Part shown: positions 26,471 through 40,407 of the stretch, in pieces | Numbering within the stretch: position 1 is the first letter of the stretch | Layout: each line of letters begins with the position of its first letter | Assembly (NCBI GenBank): GCA_951406725.2 | Contig: OX597815.1 | Span: forward strand, 146,444,001 to 146,508,000 | Source: Octopus vulgaris | Lineage: Eukaryota | Length of the DNA: 64,000 nt | Direction: 5' to 3' | The notes under the pieces: generated by a model | Seen by the model: the letters and a program-made list of their open reading frames with translations, nothing else | Databases searched by the model: none | Told to the model about the DNA's origin: nothing | Translations under genes and position numbers: made by a program

Positions 26471-27429
26471 GTTTACGTATTTATTGATATATCCTCTCGA
26501 TTGTTTATCCTCTACATTTTCTCATTTGCCTTATATATATCCATGTGTGTGTATGTATGTGAGTGTCTATGTTACTGTGTGTGTGTGTGTATGTGTGTGT
26601 GTGCAAGACATGAGGATGTTAACTGTAGTGACTGTGAGGTCTGTTCACGGTTTTTAAATCCTGGCTTCGAATCTCGACCTCGGCCACAAGTATTCTTCTT
26701 GTAAATGGCGTATTCCGTCTAATCAATTAAAAAAGTACTTGTAACATTTGAAGGGATACTGCATATATGTATGTGTGCATATAAATATGTAGGTGTTTGC
26801 GTATGTGTATGGATGTTCAGGTGCAATCGGTTTACAGACGAAAGAAATAAACACTATACATTTGTAGACGTTGAATTGATGACTCAAACAGCCATGGCAT
26901 GGCTAATGTTTATCATACATTGGCCGCATGCAATTTTGAAGAAGAGATATTACTGGCCGTTTGTGAATGTATTTGCAACTTCACGGGACAAAACAATTTG
27001 ACGAGACACTCATAGGAGAGGAAGAGTAATTTTAAGTTGTTCGTGTGGTAATTTCCGTTAGTGCGGTAATTAAGTTTTGGATGGTCATTCGGCTTAAAAT
27101 GACCCGGTGTAATGGTTGAGTTTGCTGGACGCTACCTGCTACTTCTATCCAGATCATTTTTAGGGCAATACTTATAAGGTAGCACCTCTGCTGAACTCTC
27201 TCAGCAATACATCAAGATATAATAAAGCATTAATATACTCAATCCCGAGGCTTCTAAACAAAACGGATCAGGGATTTAGAGTAAATAATATCTCGACAGA
27301 AAAGATGTCAGATATTAATTATAGTTTCCTCTTGGGGAATTGATAATAAGCTCATGTAGTTACTTTGGATGAAATATTATTCTCAAACGAACTTTTTCAC
27401 ACTCATACCTACATATATGGATACACATT

Positions 27430-27432
<3 letters not shown>

Positions 27433-27461
<29 letters not shown>

Positions 27462-27617
27462 TGTATGTATGTATGTATGTATGTATGTATGTATGTATGT
27501 ATGTATGTATGTAGGTAGGTATGCATGTATGTATGCGTGCATGCATGCATGTATGTATGTATGTATGTATGTATGTATGTATGTATGTATGTATGTATCT
27601 GTCTGTTTGTCTGCCTG

Positions 27618-27681
<64 letters not shown>

Positions 27682-27720
27682 GCTAGCTAGCTAGCTAGCT
27701 AGCTGTCTGTCTGTCTGTTT
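27433..27720. repeat. Compound tetranucleotide microsatellite
   Basis: (GTAT)n-(GTCT)n-(ATCT)n-(AGCT)n-(GTCT)n. Confidence 0.95.
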
Positions 27721-29539
27721 GTTGATCTATACTATATATATAGAGAGAGAGACAGGGGAGAGAGAGAAAGAGAAGGATGATGAGAAAAAGGGAGAGAGAA
27801 AGCGAGAGAGGAAGAGAGAGACTATGTCTGCGTGTTCATATTTGTACGTGTATGATCTGCATTTTTGTCCAACATAAGAGGCAACTACTAACTCAATTTG
27901 AAAGGAGATATGATAAACGGTTTACATGTCTACATAGTATCTATTATCTGTGTTTTCTGGGAGGCATTTAACATATATTGTAATGTTCATATCCCAGCAG
28001 TTCCCAGCAGTCAGATATTTATTAAAGTTATCCAACTCTTTTATAATATTCTTACAAGAAATTATTGATAAAACACTTCATATCGATCTATGCAAACGTG
28101 CATATTTGCATTGAGTTCGCAAAGTAACTGTTGTACAGTTGGGCTTCATTGCATTACGTGTAGAGCAAAGATAAAATTAGATTTCATCTTCTAAGTCATG
28201 ATCAAGTTTATGAAATTACGACAAAGCATGTCTTGTTTCAATCTGGCTGGAACATCATTTCGAAGCCTACTCTCTTTGATTTTCGGTTTTCTCCACACCC
28301 GTCTCCCACACCGATTTCTCTGTACATTGCTGAGGTGTAGCGTAATGTTTTTATTAATGGTTCTAAGTTTATGTTCTCATAAATTATTTATATACATTTC
28401 GTTCTGCTGGAAGAAATTTGGCTGCAAAATTTCAGCTACTTCACAAGTGAAGAATTCTAAATATATGGAAAAATCATTCTTAGCAAATTTTTGATGATTA
28501 AAAATAAATAAATAAATAAAACATTAAAAAAAACATTTTTTTTTATGTTAGGTGACATATATTCTTGGAATATTTGGTGTAATTTTCATCCTTGCTCTCA
28601 AGATAACTTTTCGGTAGTTTTGCCGTTTATTCATAGTTAGATGAAAGTCAAAGTAAATTCATAGCATATCTATTCTGTTTTATTTTATTATTCATGTATA
28701 CAGTATCCTGTAGTCTCCTCTACATATTCTGGAACATATAACAAACCATTAATACCACTCTTGAATTAAAGATGGAGCATCTACAGGGTTGTGTCACTTG
28801 CTTGAATTAATAACCAAACTTGCATCAAACTACACGTTATTGTCTTAAAGAGTATTGTAACAACGTCTGTGGTGCAATATTCCTGAAATTAGGACAGAGT
28901 AGTCATGGTTGGATTACCTTGATCCTGTGGTCTTTTGATATCTTTGGGTTAGGAATTCAAGAACAATATTAACCACTCCTGAATGTCACGAAAGTAACTT
29001 ATTTAAGCAGGGCACACTAACGTTAAACTCAAAAGCCAATATACCAGCTCCTAGCTGATCATCCAATCTGTTAGAAATAGCATGAAATGTTTTGTATCTT
29101 AGAAATCCATATTAAAAAATGTAATCGATTGAATCAAATAGTCTGTGGAACATTGTGGGCAAACGTAGAGAGGTACGATAAATGTTGGCATTCCTTTGGG
29201 TATAGGTTTGCCAATAATATCTATCGGTTTGTCTCAATAAATATAATACACGATCAGCACTTTAACTTATCCATATTTCAGTCGCACAGCTCATATTTAA
29301 ATCTTCCTTGAATACATATTTACTACAACTGTATATCAATGGAAAACACACACACACACACACACATACACGCTCACACACACATACACACGCTCACACA
29401 CGCATACACACACACGCTTGTAGGCCAAATCTTCGAAGTCACCGCCACCCAGTAAAGATTATCTAGTAAAGATCACACTACCACTTTATCGACCAGACCA
29501 TCATATGCTGTTATAGACCACTGGTCACTAATCGCTTCA

Positions 29540-29890
29540 AATTCTGTCTTGATTACACCATTCTTTTCCATCTTGACTCAAACTGCTTAAATAAATCGTC
29601 TTCCAATCATCGTAGAGGCATTCCAAGTGGTCTTTCTGATTTTGGATACTACGCAGCAACTGCACGAGTCTATCATTTGGGTGAGAACCTTGCAACATCT
29701 CCGGCTCAGAGGAACTTGTGCTTTCGATATTCTGCGATATCATTGTTTTTTCTCTCTGGTCTTGAATTATATCATTTGGAATATACTCTCATAATGATAT
29801 TCCTAGCATAGATCTTTCCATGGCCGTTTGCGCCTTAGCGTACCGATGTTCTCTCCCGCTGCGTAGTAGCCCACGTCTCACTTGTGCATA
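29540..29890 (-). mobile_element. RTE-clade LINE 3' fragment, decayed
   Basis: KAQTAMERSMLGISL*EYIPND motif typical of the RTE post-RT region. Confidence 0.65.
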
Positions 29891-29984
29891 ATAGACATAT
29901 ATTCTACTAAAAAGTATTGAGTAACTCTCCACTTGAATATTTAATTATTTTTATACATAACGGTATAAAAACAAACCTTAATAT

Positions 29985-30527
29985 GTAGGGTGGGCCAATT
30001 AGATGGGACGCATTTTAAATGCTAGTATCAAGGATCATAAAAATGATAGAATACCAAATATGTTTATTACATAACTAATTTACAAGAGTTCAATATATTA
30101 TCTGATATTTGAATATTACATCCTGGAGATGGTCACACTAAGAAGAAAATATTAACGAACTCACATTCTCATATCAAGCACACTTCAGCTTGGAATACCA
30201 ACTGGAATGGTGGAATTGACTTTCTCACCGAGGTTTGTAACAACACATAGGATCACATTTTGGGATGGTGCCTGTCACCTTCCAAATTGCTTTCAGAATT
30301 TTCTTTGGGCTGCCACGTGAAACGAGGGATCTTTGGCTGGTGAAGTATGCTTCGACCACGAAAGCAATTTCTTTTGGAGTTCACCAAAACCAACTACGTG
30401 TAAAAAATAGTAAAATCGCAGAAAATATCTTGAACTCCCGTATAATAGTTAAGCAATAGATATAATTGGTACTCTATATCATTTATATTATCAAAGATAC
30501 TAGCAGTTAAAATGTGTCCCATCCTGT
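29985..30527 (-). mobile_element. Internally deleted Tc1/mariner element with long TIRs
   Basis: gatgggacgcattttaaatgctagtatc vs gatactagcagttaaaatgtgtcccatc, with imperfect TIR extension to about 85 bp. Minus-strand remnants AFVVEAYF (N-terminal HTH) and DHLQDVIFK (C-terminus). Confidence 0.75.
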
Positions 30528-31545
30528 ATATTCCAAACTGATTATATTTTTTGCTTATCAGATGCTTAAAAATTACTATAATCCAGGCCCTCTATTGATT
30601 TGAAGTACCGATAGCCGACAAAGATCAACGAATAACTTACATAGTCATTTGAATAAGACAGTATTATTCCCTGCGAAACGTGACTCTTTTACAGATTTAG
30701 GAAGAGTTTATGAAAGAGAACAATAGAGAAGAGATTCCATTCTGATGACATATAGTTATTCACACATTTCCTTCAATGCCATATCGAAAGTAGGGTTATT
30801 TCCTACTATGGCAAAACAGACGAGTAAGAACACAGGAGGTAGCAAGGCGCCGAAAATGTATTAATTTAATGGCATAGTTTCGCTCATAAACTTGATTCTG
30901 CAAGCAATAGAGAGAAACATTGCTTACTTTCAACATCATTACTTTCCAAAGTGATATTTTGCTTTTTACTGCCAAGTCAATATCGAAACGTCAAACTCTA
31001 TCTATCCGCATCTAATATGAATATGTGAGAAAGTTACTTTTTGGCAACGTTGACGTCTAGCGGTTCCTGTTTTGGTCTTATCATATATCTAGTCTGCTCG
31101 ATTCAATGTTGAATGTTTTAAACTTTGACAAAACTATGCATAATCATTGTAGAAATATTATATTCATAGGAGGCAAAATCGTGCGTTTTTAAACCGATTG
31201 CTTGAACAGCTGGGTATAAATGATTCGACTCCACTCGACCTTATCTTGTAAGATCATATGAAAAAATATCAATTGACATATGCACATACACACACATTCA
31301 CATAGACATACAAACACACACACACATGCACGCGCGCACGCACACACACACGCACAAAATGACGCGTTTTAGCATTCTTTCAAATTTTCGATGTAACCAA
31401 TACGTTTAATAAAGATATGATGAAGTGTTTGGCTGCCAAATTTGGTAGAAAAATATTGCGAAAAAACCCGTCATTTATCTATATCTATATACATACGTAC
31501 ATACATACATACATACGTACATACATACGTACATACATACATACA

Positions 31546-31579
<34 letters not shown>

Positions 31580-32200
31580 GTTGTGTGCGTGTGGTTCTAA
31601 ATTTGTTTTGAAACATTCTTAATGGGAATTTAGTCAACTAGTTAAATAATTAAGTAACCGATTGCTTGATTAATCTTTCGGCCAATCTATGAAAGAAGTC
31701 GATTAGTTAATTGGTTAACTAATTAGCAACTAATAATAAAATTGGTGAAATGAAACGAGTATGCGCATTGATAAATGACACTCCTAAGATATAGCAGGGC
31801 ATGTGTGTGTGTGTGTGCGTGTGTATGTGTGTGTGTTTGTGTGTGTGTTTGTGTGTGTATTTCCACTAATATATCTAATTAGTTTTTGAACGTACACTTT
31901 TATTATATTCTTCTGTATTGACTTTTCGCATTGTTGGATCCAATCCCTGTATAAGCACAAATAAATTACGTTTGATATTCGAGGCTCTGATGGACCCATA
32001 TTGTGTTATTCAGTCATTCACCTATGAGTCGACTAACCCTTATTGCAGAAACTGCTATAAGCTAATGAAGTTCATAAGATAATGATATATTCCTGTATCA
32101 TCTCTCTTTCCCATTACAGCTGTATACTCAGCCAGCACTTCGTTCCGAAACACACGTACATTGAGTTCTACATCGGGTTACAGATCTCACAATGCTTTAG

Positions 32201-32242
<42 letters not shown>

Positions 32243-32247
<5 letters not shown>

Positions 32248-32614
32248 AACTGCCGTATTCAAACATAGTAATTAGTAGTAGACAAGAAGCTCGCAATGAC
32301 AAATATATCTAAAACCAGTTATACATTGCCAAATATACTAGACATTATTAAAACTTCACATCTTTATACGCTCCCGTGGTCGCACCAGTTGATCACGTCT
32401 CCTCTCCTCTCCTGCCTATAGATTACACTGGACTCTTTGTTGAGGAAAAATCGCTCCAATACACCACGACGTCTGAAGCTTTTGTACCTTTTGAAAATTT
32501 CGCTTTAATTTCTCTCCTTGTTTCTTTCTGTGTTCCATTCTGTAGAAGAGCGTAGGCTCGAAACATCAAAGTCCTTTGCACTTCTTTTACACTGCTGACC
32601 GTTATACTAATACA

Positions 32615-32658
<44 letters not shown>

Positions 32659-33071
32659 TATATAGGAAGAGAATCCACAAAAATAAAAACAAGAGACGAA
32701 GACAGGTGGTGTAGACAACAAACAGATGTATTAGTATAACGGTCAGCAAGTGTAAAAGTCTTTGATGTTTCGAGCCTACGCTCTTCCACAGAATAGAACA
32801 CAGAAAGAAACAAGGAGAGAAAATAAAGCGAAATTTTCAAAAGGTTCAAAAGCTTTAGACGTCGTGGTGTATTGGAGCGATTTTTCCTCAGCAAATAGGC
32901 AGGAGATGAGAAGAGACATGATCAACTGGTGCGACCACGCGAGCGTATAAAGATGTGAAGTTTTAATAATGTCTAGTATATTTGGCAATGTGTAACTGGT
33001 TTTAGATATATTTGTCATTGCGAGCTTCTTGTCTACTATTAATTATTATGTTTGAATACAGCAGTTCATAC
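32243..33071. repeat. About 350-375-bp inverted repeat around (TA)n containing a Penelope-like end
   Basis: 32243-32619 is a diverged reverse complement of 32722-33071. Each arm has gaagag-cgtaggct-cgaaacatc, a minimal hammerhead-like motif. Confidence 0.9.
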
Positions 33072-33600
33072 ACCGCCGTATTTTCTGACACCCCCAATAT
33101 AAAAATATATAGACACAAATACAAATATCTGAAGCGAGAGTAAAACAAATATCAGCTCAACACTTGGTGTGTTTTGCTGACCGTTTTGCTCGATAGTTTC
33201 AATTAGTTTTATCAAATGTTATTTTAGTCTCTAAATTAATAATACCTTGTGACAGATAATTTAGAGATAGAACAAAATATAATATTCATAATTAAGTTGA
33301 AGATAAAACGTCTCACATTATTTAACCCACGCGGTTTCTTTTCCGAAATCGACTTGCAAATGTGAATTTTCACAACAATTATTTTTATATTATGTGTAAT
33401 GGGTTGACAATAATGTATTGTGTCCGTAACAAATATATCTTTATTTTTAATGATGTTTGATGGTGATATAATTAATAACTACAACAATTTTTCTAAGACG
33501 CAGTATCAAAGATGCAGCTGGAATTTTTGCAACAGTAAATAAGAAATTACTATAGCTTATATACGAAATGAAAATTGACTGTTATTTTCGATGTATGACA

Positions 33601-33673
33601 ACTCGATCACATCAGTAGGTAGAGCAGCAGAATGTTAAACTCATGAGCGATTGTTCGATCCCAAACTTGGGCG
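33601..33673 (+). pseudogene. tRNA pseudogene (Lys-TTT-like body, anticodon now GTT)
   Basis: tcagtaggtagagcagcaga resembles TCAGTCGGTAGAGCATCAGA of tRNA-Lys; gttcgatccc B box; ttgggcg end; T-run downstream; stems broken. Confidence 0.55.
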
Positions 33674-35613
33674 CTGTTTTTATTTAATTTCTTTTTCGTA
33701 GTGTACATTCTCTGTTTCTGTGTACCTCAGGAGTTTATATAATAATTCTCCAAAATTTAAAATTTGTATGACTAATATCATTAATAACAATAACGGATTC
33801 TGATCTAGGCAAAAACATAGCAATATGGATGGCATAGGTTAAATTGATGCCATCGTATTCAGTCCTTGACAGGTACTTTACCTTATCAATATCGGAAGGA
33901 TGAGAGACGAAGGTGACTCCAGTATAATTTGATCTGGGAACGAAAAAATTCGGAAGAACTATTGATAAACCATTTTCTTTATTCTTAATTATGTTTCTGT
34001 CAGCTAATCGAATTTGCTTTCTGATTTATACATACATCTAGCAATTATGAAGGGTAAGATTTGTCGACGTCGTCAGTCCAAGTAGTTAGCTAGTTTGTCC
34101 GATGCACTAGTGAAACATTTTGCAGGGGAGAGGAAGAAATGAATCGTCACAAAATATGGAATTTTAGAAACTTTTTGTTTTTATAAGTGTGAAAGTCAAT
34201 AATAATGACAATATGTGTGTGTAATGTACATACTCACATACAAACAAACACACACACACATATCTATATAACATGTAAGAGGGGGAGGTCTGGAATCACA
34301 GAGTTCTAAAGAATTTGTTTTGCTTTATGTAGGTCCATTAGTTTAACATTTTCTAGTTTCGATTATGCGGAGCATTAATGGTGGTGACATTTTGGATTTA
34401 ATCTGGACTTAATAATATATGAACTAATAATAAGCATTATCAGATTATTTATCCACACGTGTTTTACACACACTGGCCATGTGCTTCTTCTCTAGACTAA
34501 TACTTCGGCTCTTCCTATGATTCGGTTACAGTTTCAATTCGAGAACAGCTTCAACTATTAATAATTTCGAGTGAAAGATACGAGGACATGGATATGTAGG
34601 GGGAAAACACTCATTGCTTTTGACTTACTTTATTCCATCATAAATAAATGCAAAATAAATCCTAAATCGTAAATAAATTCTAAGGTTCTGATAAACTACC
34701 GTCCTTAAATTTTGCATCCGCCCACTGACAGGCCTTGGTATTCCAATCACATTTTTACTAAATATATTATTCGAACTATGTAGAAAATATACTTCCAAGC
34801 AAGTAGGTAATTGCTAGTTACTATATATGATAGCAGAAATTATTTTTCTGATGAACAATCCAATTTAATTAATCGTTATATTTCCTTAGTTGAAAACGAT
34901 ATGATTTATTTGTCAACAATGTTTTGGTGTTCAAATAATTAAAAAATATGGTATCTGCTATCTTTTTAAAATCTGAATCAACCTTATTAAAGATATGAAA
35001 CTATGAGGTTAGTACATTACACGGCATGCGGAAGGAAATATGATGAAAGCTAGGAAATGCCTTCAGCTAAAGTTCACATTAATAAAAAGAGAACATGTGT
35101 GACGAAATACATCAAGGAGAACTGACGGAAATCCCTAACTTTGCTTCAGTACGTTTTGATGGTGTTATTGATAGTACACCTAAAGGATAATTTCCGATTA
35201 TATAATTTTTTTGAACTAAGGAAATTAAGAATTTCTATAGCATGACACTTCCGGAGGAAAGTCACATGCTCTTCAGAAATTGAAAAAAAATAACTGCTTC
35301 ATGGTATATTTTAATTGTATGATTTCCGTTTCTTCTTTTTTATTTTTGCATTGGGAATCTAGTTGAAAATATGGAAGTTAAACAGACAAATGAGTTAAGA
35401 TATCACCCCCAAAACTGCTTAGGGGCCTCTCTAGATATAACGCGCAAAATCAACACACGCAGCGTGCACTATTTACATATGTATGTGGATGTATGTGTGT
35501 GGATGTATGTGTGTGCATGTATGTCTGTATGTGTGTATATGTGACTGTCTATAAATATGTATGGAAGTATGTATGCATATATATGTGCGCGTGTGAATAT
35601 GAGTGTGTGTGTG

Positions 35614-35655
<42 letters not shown>

Positions 35656-37309
35656 AGTGAGTGACTGTGCGTGTGTGTATTGCATTTTAGATCACGTTAC
35701 TTATAACGAATCAATATTTGGCATTAAACTGAAGGATTAGTCAATACTTTTTAGCAGAATACATGTACTCTGCTAAAAGTCAGCGGTTGTTAGTGCCTTT
35801 GGAGTTCCGTCTTACTCGCTTTCGTCAGAATACGGTATATTTAAATGTATAAAAGAATACCGTAATTTTCTTGAAATTTTGCATTTTATGTAAGTAAGAA
35901 AATTGATTTGAAATAAACGATTGAGTAAAGCAGGCGAATGTTTAGGCAAAATATGTAAAATTATATCAATGATTGAAAACAAAAGATATATTGTCATAAT
36001 ATACGTAAGTTGTTTAATAATCTAATAATGTTTCAGGAAAACTTATACTTTCCAAACAAAAGGACGGAAAGAAAACTACATATGGATTATAGAAATTTGT
36101 TGTTATCAGCGTAACATTCAAAGTTTTGTGCGGTTTCAGAATATTTCAATAGTCCGCTAACAATGCATTTTCCCGAAATCATTGCCTTGTTTCTTCCCTA
36201 TACTTAAAAGTGGAAATCTTTCTTGAAATACTATACGATTATTAAATAACCCACGTAAGCGAATACGTTATCCTTTTTCCTTTTCACTTTGCATTCATTA
36301 ACATCCTCTTAGACGGTTCATATAACACCTCAGCTGCATTGCTTAATGATTTTTTTCAAACATTTAAACGTATATATATATATGTATGTGTGTTGTGTCT
36401 TTAACTTGTTCTAGTCATACAGCTATATATGCAGTTTTGTATCCTGAGGCGACATTTCAAAAAGTTTCTCGATTTGTACTTGTCTGTTTACTTAAACTGT
36501 CTCCGAATGAACTGAGAAAGAAGGGAAAAATCCTTCTCATATAAGTAATTAAACCATAAAAAAATAAAATAATGAATAAAAGGATAAACGAGCAAGTAAT
36601 TAAGAAATAAAATAAGATAAATGATATTTTAATCCTTGTTTTGGTTTAGTGATATTGTTTATAGCAAAAGACCAACCTCGATCAAACTAACCAAACTAAC
36701 CCAGTGTAAATATTAGACCCTTTGCTCATTAATATTGGTTAAATGCGTTGCCGTCTTTAGCGATGTATAACTATGAAATCTAGGTCTTGTTTGTCGGCTC
36801 CAAGTAGGAAATTCTGGCTCAACTTCCATACGTGTGTGAAATGCTATTGCCGATGGTATATTCGCATCAGTAGTTTCGTAAATTAAAACCCAAAAAGAGA
36901 ATATTTAGCATAGAGTTGTTTTTCTATGATTTAGAATTATAAAATGTAGAGGCCTATAGGTAATTCTAGTGAATGAATAACCCAAATGAACTCCTCGCCT
37001 TCACACTATAGAAAGATCATTATCGACAATATTAATGATATTTTCAGTGGATATAATAAAATAACCTCGGGTGAAAAAAGTTTCAAAATAGATGCATTAT
37101 TCATCTACAAAGGCTTCGTTCAACTGGTGATGAATTAGTGGCATATTCTTTATGAAATATAATACTTTGTACTTCGCTTATATGGTCCTAAGCTAAGTGC
37201 ATTTAATTAAATTCTCTAATTAATATTAAAGTTACGTGATTTTGCCATTGTGATTAAACGTAATTCTATTAGGTGTTGCAGATATAATTTCATTAATATA
37301 TATGTATGA

Positions 37310-37349
<40 letters not shown>

Positions 37350-37799
37350 CATATATAAGAGGAGTAGCCACCAAGATGGATTCCTAATATGCTTGAAGAA
37401 GACGCCAGATCTCCTTACCACGAAGAATATGTTCTCAAAAATTTCTGTAAGCGTCAGAATGTAAGCGAGCAAGACAAATGAAAAGATACAAAATATGGCA
37501 ATAAACTCATACCTCGATACTTAATAGCGAAAGCAAAATTCTTAGGTATGGATTTTATTGGCAAATTTTGAATCTTTTCATTTGCCTTGCTCGCTTACAT
37601 TCTGGCGTTTGGTGAAATTTTTGATAACATATTCTTCGTGGTTAGGCGATTTCGAGTCATCTTCAAGCGCATTAGGAATCCACCTTGGTGGCTATTCCTC
37701 TTATATATGTAACATAATTCATAATCTTCGGACTCTTTTAGGCATGGTAGGTCACTGGTTTACATTGACATTAATTAATAATATCAATTTCTAGTCTCA

Positions 37800-37800
<1 letters not shown>
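37350..37800. mobile_element. Repeat 3' end with about 165-bp fold-back inversion, between (TA)n tracts
   Basis: 37350-37515 is a diverged reverse complement of about 37542-37708; family also at 12050-12237. Confidence 0.8.
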
Positions 37801-37849
<49 letters not shown>

Positions 37850-37884
37850 TATGAAAAATGACCCTAGTATTTTTCCGATGGTTG

Positions 37885-37945
37885 GATAATTGAAGAGATG
37901 GCGGCGTGGATTTCCACCTCGGCATCCGAAACTCGGAGTTTTATC
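37885..37945 (+). ncRNA. Type I hammerhead-like motif (C3U, GUU triplet) in Penelope-like end 37848-38050
   Basis: gataa-TTGAAGA-gatg..gtgga ttt ccac..catc-c-GAAA-ctc g gag-TT-ttatc; stems I, II and III all pair. Confidence 0.6.
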
Positions 37946-38049
37946 ATGGCTACCGAATAATTGTCTCATATTACATTTACAGATAAGTTCCTCTATTTAC
38001 ATAATATAGGGGTCTCTTTCATGCTTTTGTTGTGTTACCATTTTTATCA

Positions 38050-38086
<37 letters not shown>

Positions 38087-38104
38087 CATATATACATATA
38101 TATG

Positions 38105-38151
38105 TATATATGTATGTATGTATTATGTATGTATGAATGCATGTATTTATG

Positions 38152-38191
<40 letters not shown>

Positions 38192-38244
38192 CATAAATAC
38201 ATGCATTCATACATAATACATACATACATACATATATACATATA

Positions 38245-38308
<64 letters not shown>

Positions 38309-38365
38309 CATAAATACATGCATTCATACATAATACATACATACATACATATATACATATATATA
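38105..38365. repeat. Inverted copy plus tandem copy of an about 50-nt unit separated by (TA)n
   Basis: tgtattatgtatgtatgaatgcatgtatttatgtatg is followed by two reverse-complement copies at about 38186 and 38303. Confidence 0.85.
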
Positions 38366-38369
38366 TGTA

Positions 38370-38445
<76 letters not shown>

Positions 38446-38734
38446 AAAAAATACAAACTGGGACAAGAACGCAAAACATATATATATATATATATATACG
38501 CACATGAAACGAAAGTGTTAGCCTTTTTTTACTCTTGCTAACTTTCATAGAATATTCAAACTAATTCGCTCTGTTTACATTTTCTAAGATGTCAATATTA
38601 TTGAGTGATTGAGAATTGAAGCAAATTTCGATAAAAAAAAAGCAATATAAAACGAAGAATGCCAACCGTTTGTAATTTATTTTTATATATCAAATTTATT
38701 TATTATTCTGTTGATAATGCAAATGCTTTATGGA

Positions 38735-38895
38735 AAATGTTCCCGTTACTTAGCGGTTCGGCTAAAGTGAATAAGCGAATATGTACTAGGCTTGCGAAGA
38801 ATAAGCCGCGGTGTCGATTTGTTCGACTAAAACCCCTAAGATGATGTTCCAGCCTGGCCGAAGTCAAATGACTGAGACAAGTAAAAGAATAAATA
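38735..38895 (+). mobile_element. CORE-type SINE 3' half
   Basis: cccgttacttagcggttcggc..gactgagacaagtaaaaga. Confidence 0.75.
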
Positions 38896-39044
38896 AATAG
38901 TCATGTTCAGAACCACGTGGATGAGCTTTCGATCTAGACTACTTAAAAGGATACAATAAATATTCAATTTGAAGAAATGTAAGTCAATTTAGTGTAAATG
39001 TTAAAGATTCTGCGAAATACGTTTTTCCGCTAATATTCTGATAC

Positions 39045-39160
39045 AATAGGGTAACCAGAGTTGAGAGCAGTAATTCCAGACAGGCTCATGACAAATGTCC
39101 TCCATATGTCCAGCATAGTTTCCTGATCTCTTGTTCTGAAGGTTCTCAGTTATATATTGT
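39045..39160 (-). mobile_element. CR1/L2-group LINE fragment
   Basis: FRTRDQETMLDIWRTFVMS..NYCSQLWLP. Confidence 0.6.
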
Positions 39161-40009
39161 GTGGAAAACTATAATGTTTCAATAAATTCGGTAAATGTTT
39201 GTAACTTCGCCAGGGACACTAGGCTTACTTATCAAAGCTAGAAAAAATTGCTAGGAGCTGAAATCGTATGTTTCTCTACAAAGCACCAATAGGTACATGC
39301 AATGGAATATAGTACTATTTCGAGTATTCATACGATTATTCTAGATCACAGACAATAGTGTAAACAGACGAGGTATGTTTTATATATTAACTTAAAAACG
39401 ATATATTACAAATTGGCAATATATATGTTTGGAAGCATTTGCATTGAAACATTTATACGGAAGCATATGTATACCTGCGCACATAATATATACGTCTATA
39501 AATACATAAAAGTTATGTGTGTGTATATGTATACACACACACGCACGCTCACACACACTCACACGCACACATACACACACACACACACACATACACACAC
39601 ACACACACATATATATATATGGATAAGAGCGTGGTGACTGTAGTTTATATAAATACATCAAACCGCTACCAGACACCACGGCCCAGTCATGTGTAACCCA
39701 CTGTAAACTGGCCGCACAGCGGGGCAGCAGATATCCTTTGTCTGTTCGCCTCTAATAATACATTTGAGTTGTTTATGACCTTATTCAAAGACAGCGTGAA
39801 CGTGGGTAGTATGTCCACGAGACTACTGGTGTGTGTTTATGGCTACATGTGTATGCTTAACCATAGATAGATGCATAACCCAGAAATCCCCTGTCGTTAT
39901 AGCCAACGGCCTGCTGATAGCAACAAACAACTTACTGACAACGACACGCCGTATAATCGAACCAAGTGAAACGGAGTCTATTCAGCGAGGTACCTACTTT
40001 ATTTTTTAG

Positions 40010-40150
40010 TGTTTCATTCTTTTACTTGTTCCAGTCATTTGACTGCAGTAATGCTGGGGCGCCACCATGAAGCGTTTTAGTTATTTTTTAAAGCCTAGTA
40101 AATGCCCTTGTTTTATCCGTCCAGTTGGCCGAACCGCTAGATTACGGGAC
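40010..40150 (-). mobile_element. CORE-type SINE 3' half
   Basis: tcttttacttgttccagtcatttgactgc..gccgaaccgctag. Confidence 0.7.
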
Positions 40151-40195
40151 ATGTATGTATGTATATGTGTGCATGCGTGTGCGTGTGCGTATATG

Positions 40196-40244
<49 letters not shown>

Positions 40245-40255
40245 TATATACATAT

Positions 40256-40307
<52 letters not shown>

Positions 40308-40343
40308 TCATATATATAAATATATATATATACATATTCTCAT

Positions 40344-40407
<64 letters not shown>

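Noticed and set aside
37636-37670. cgtggttagg resembling a pistol ribozyme start; antisense ttgaaga..gaaa
   Set aside because: Pairing partners are absent and the motifs are not conserved in the other two copies.
39345-39372. Possible 28-nt micro-exon (tag|..gag|gtatgt)
   Set aside because: Weak polypyrimidine tract and no partner exons; such matches are expected by chance.
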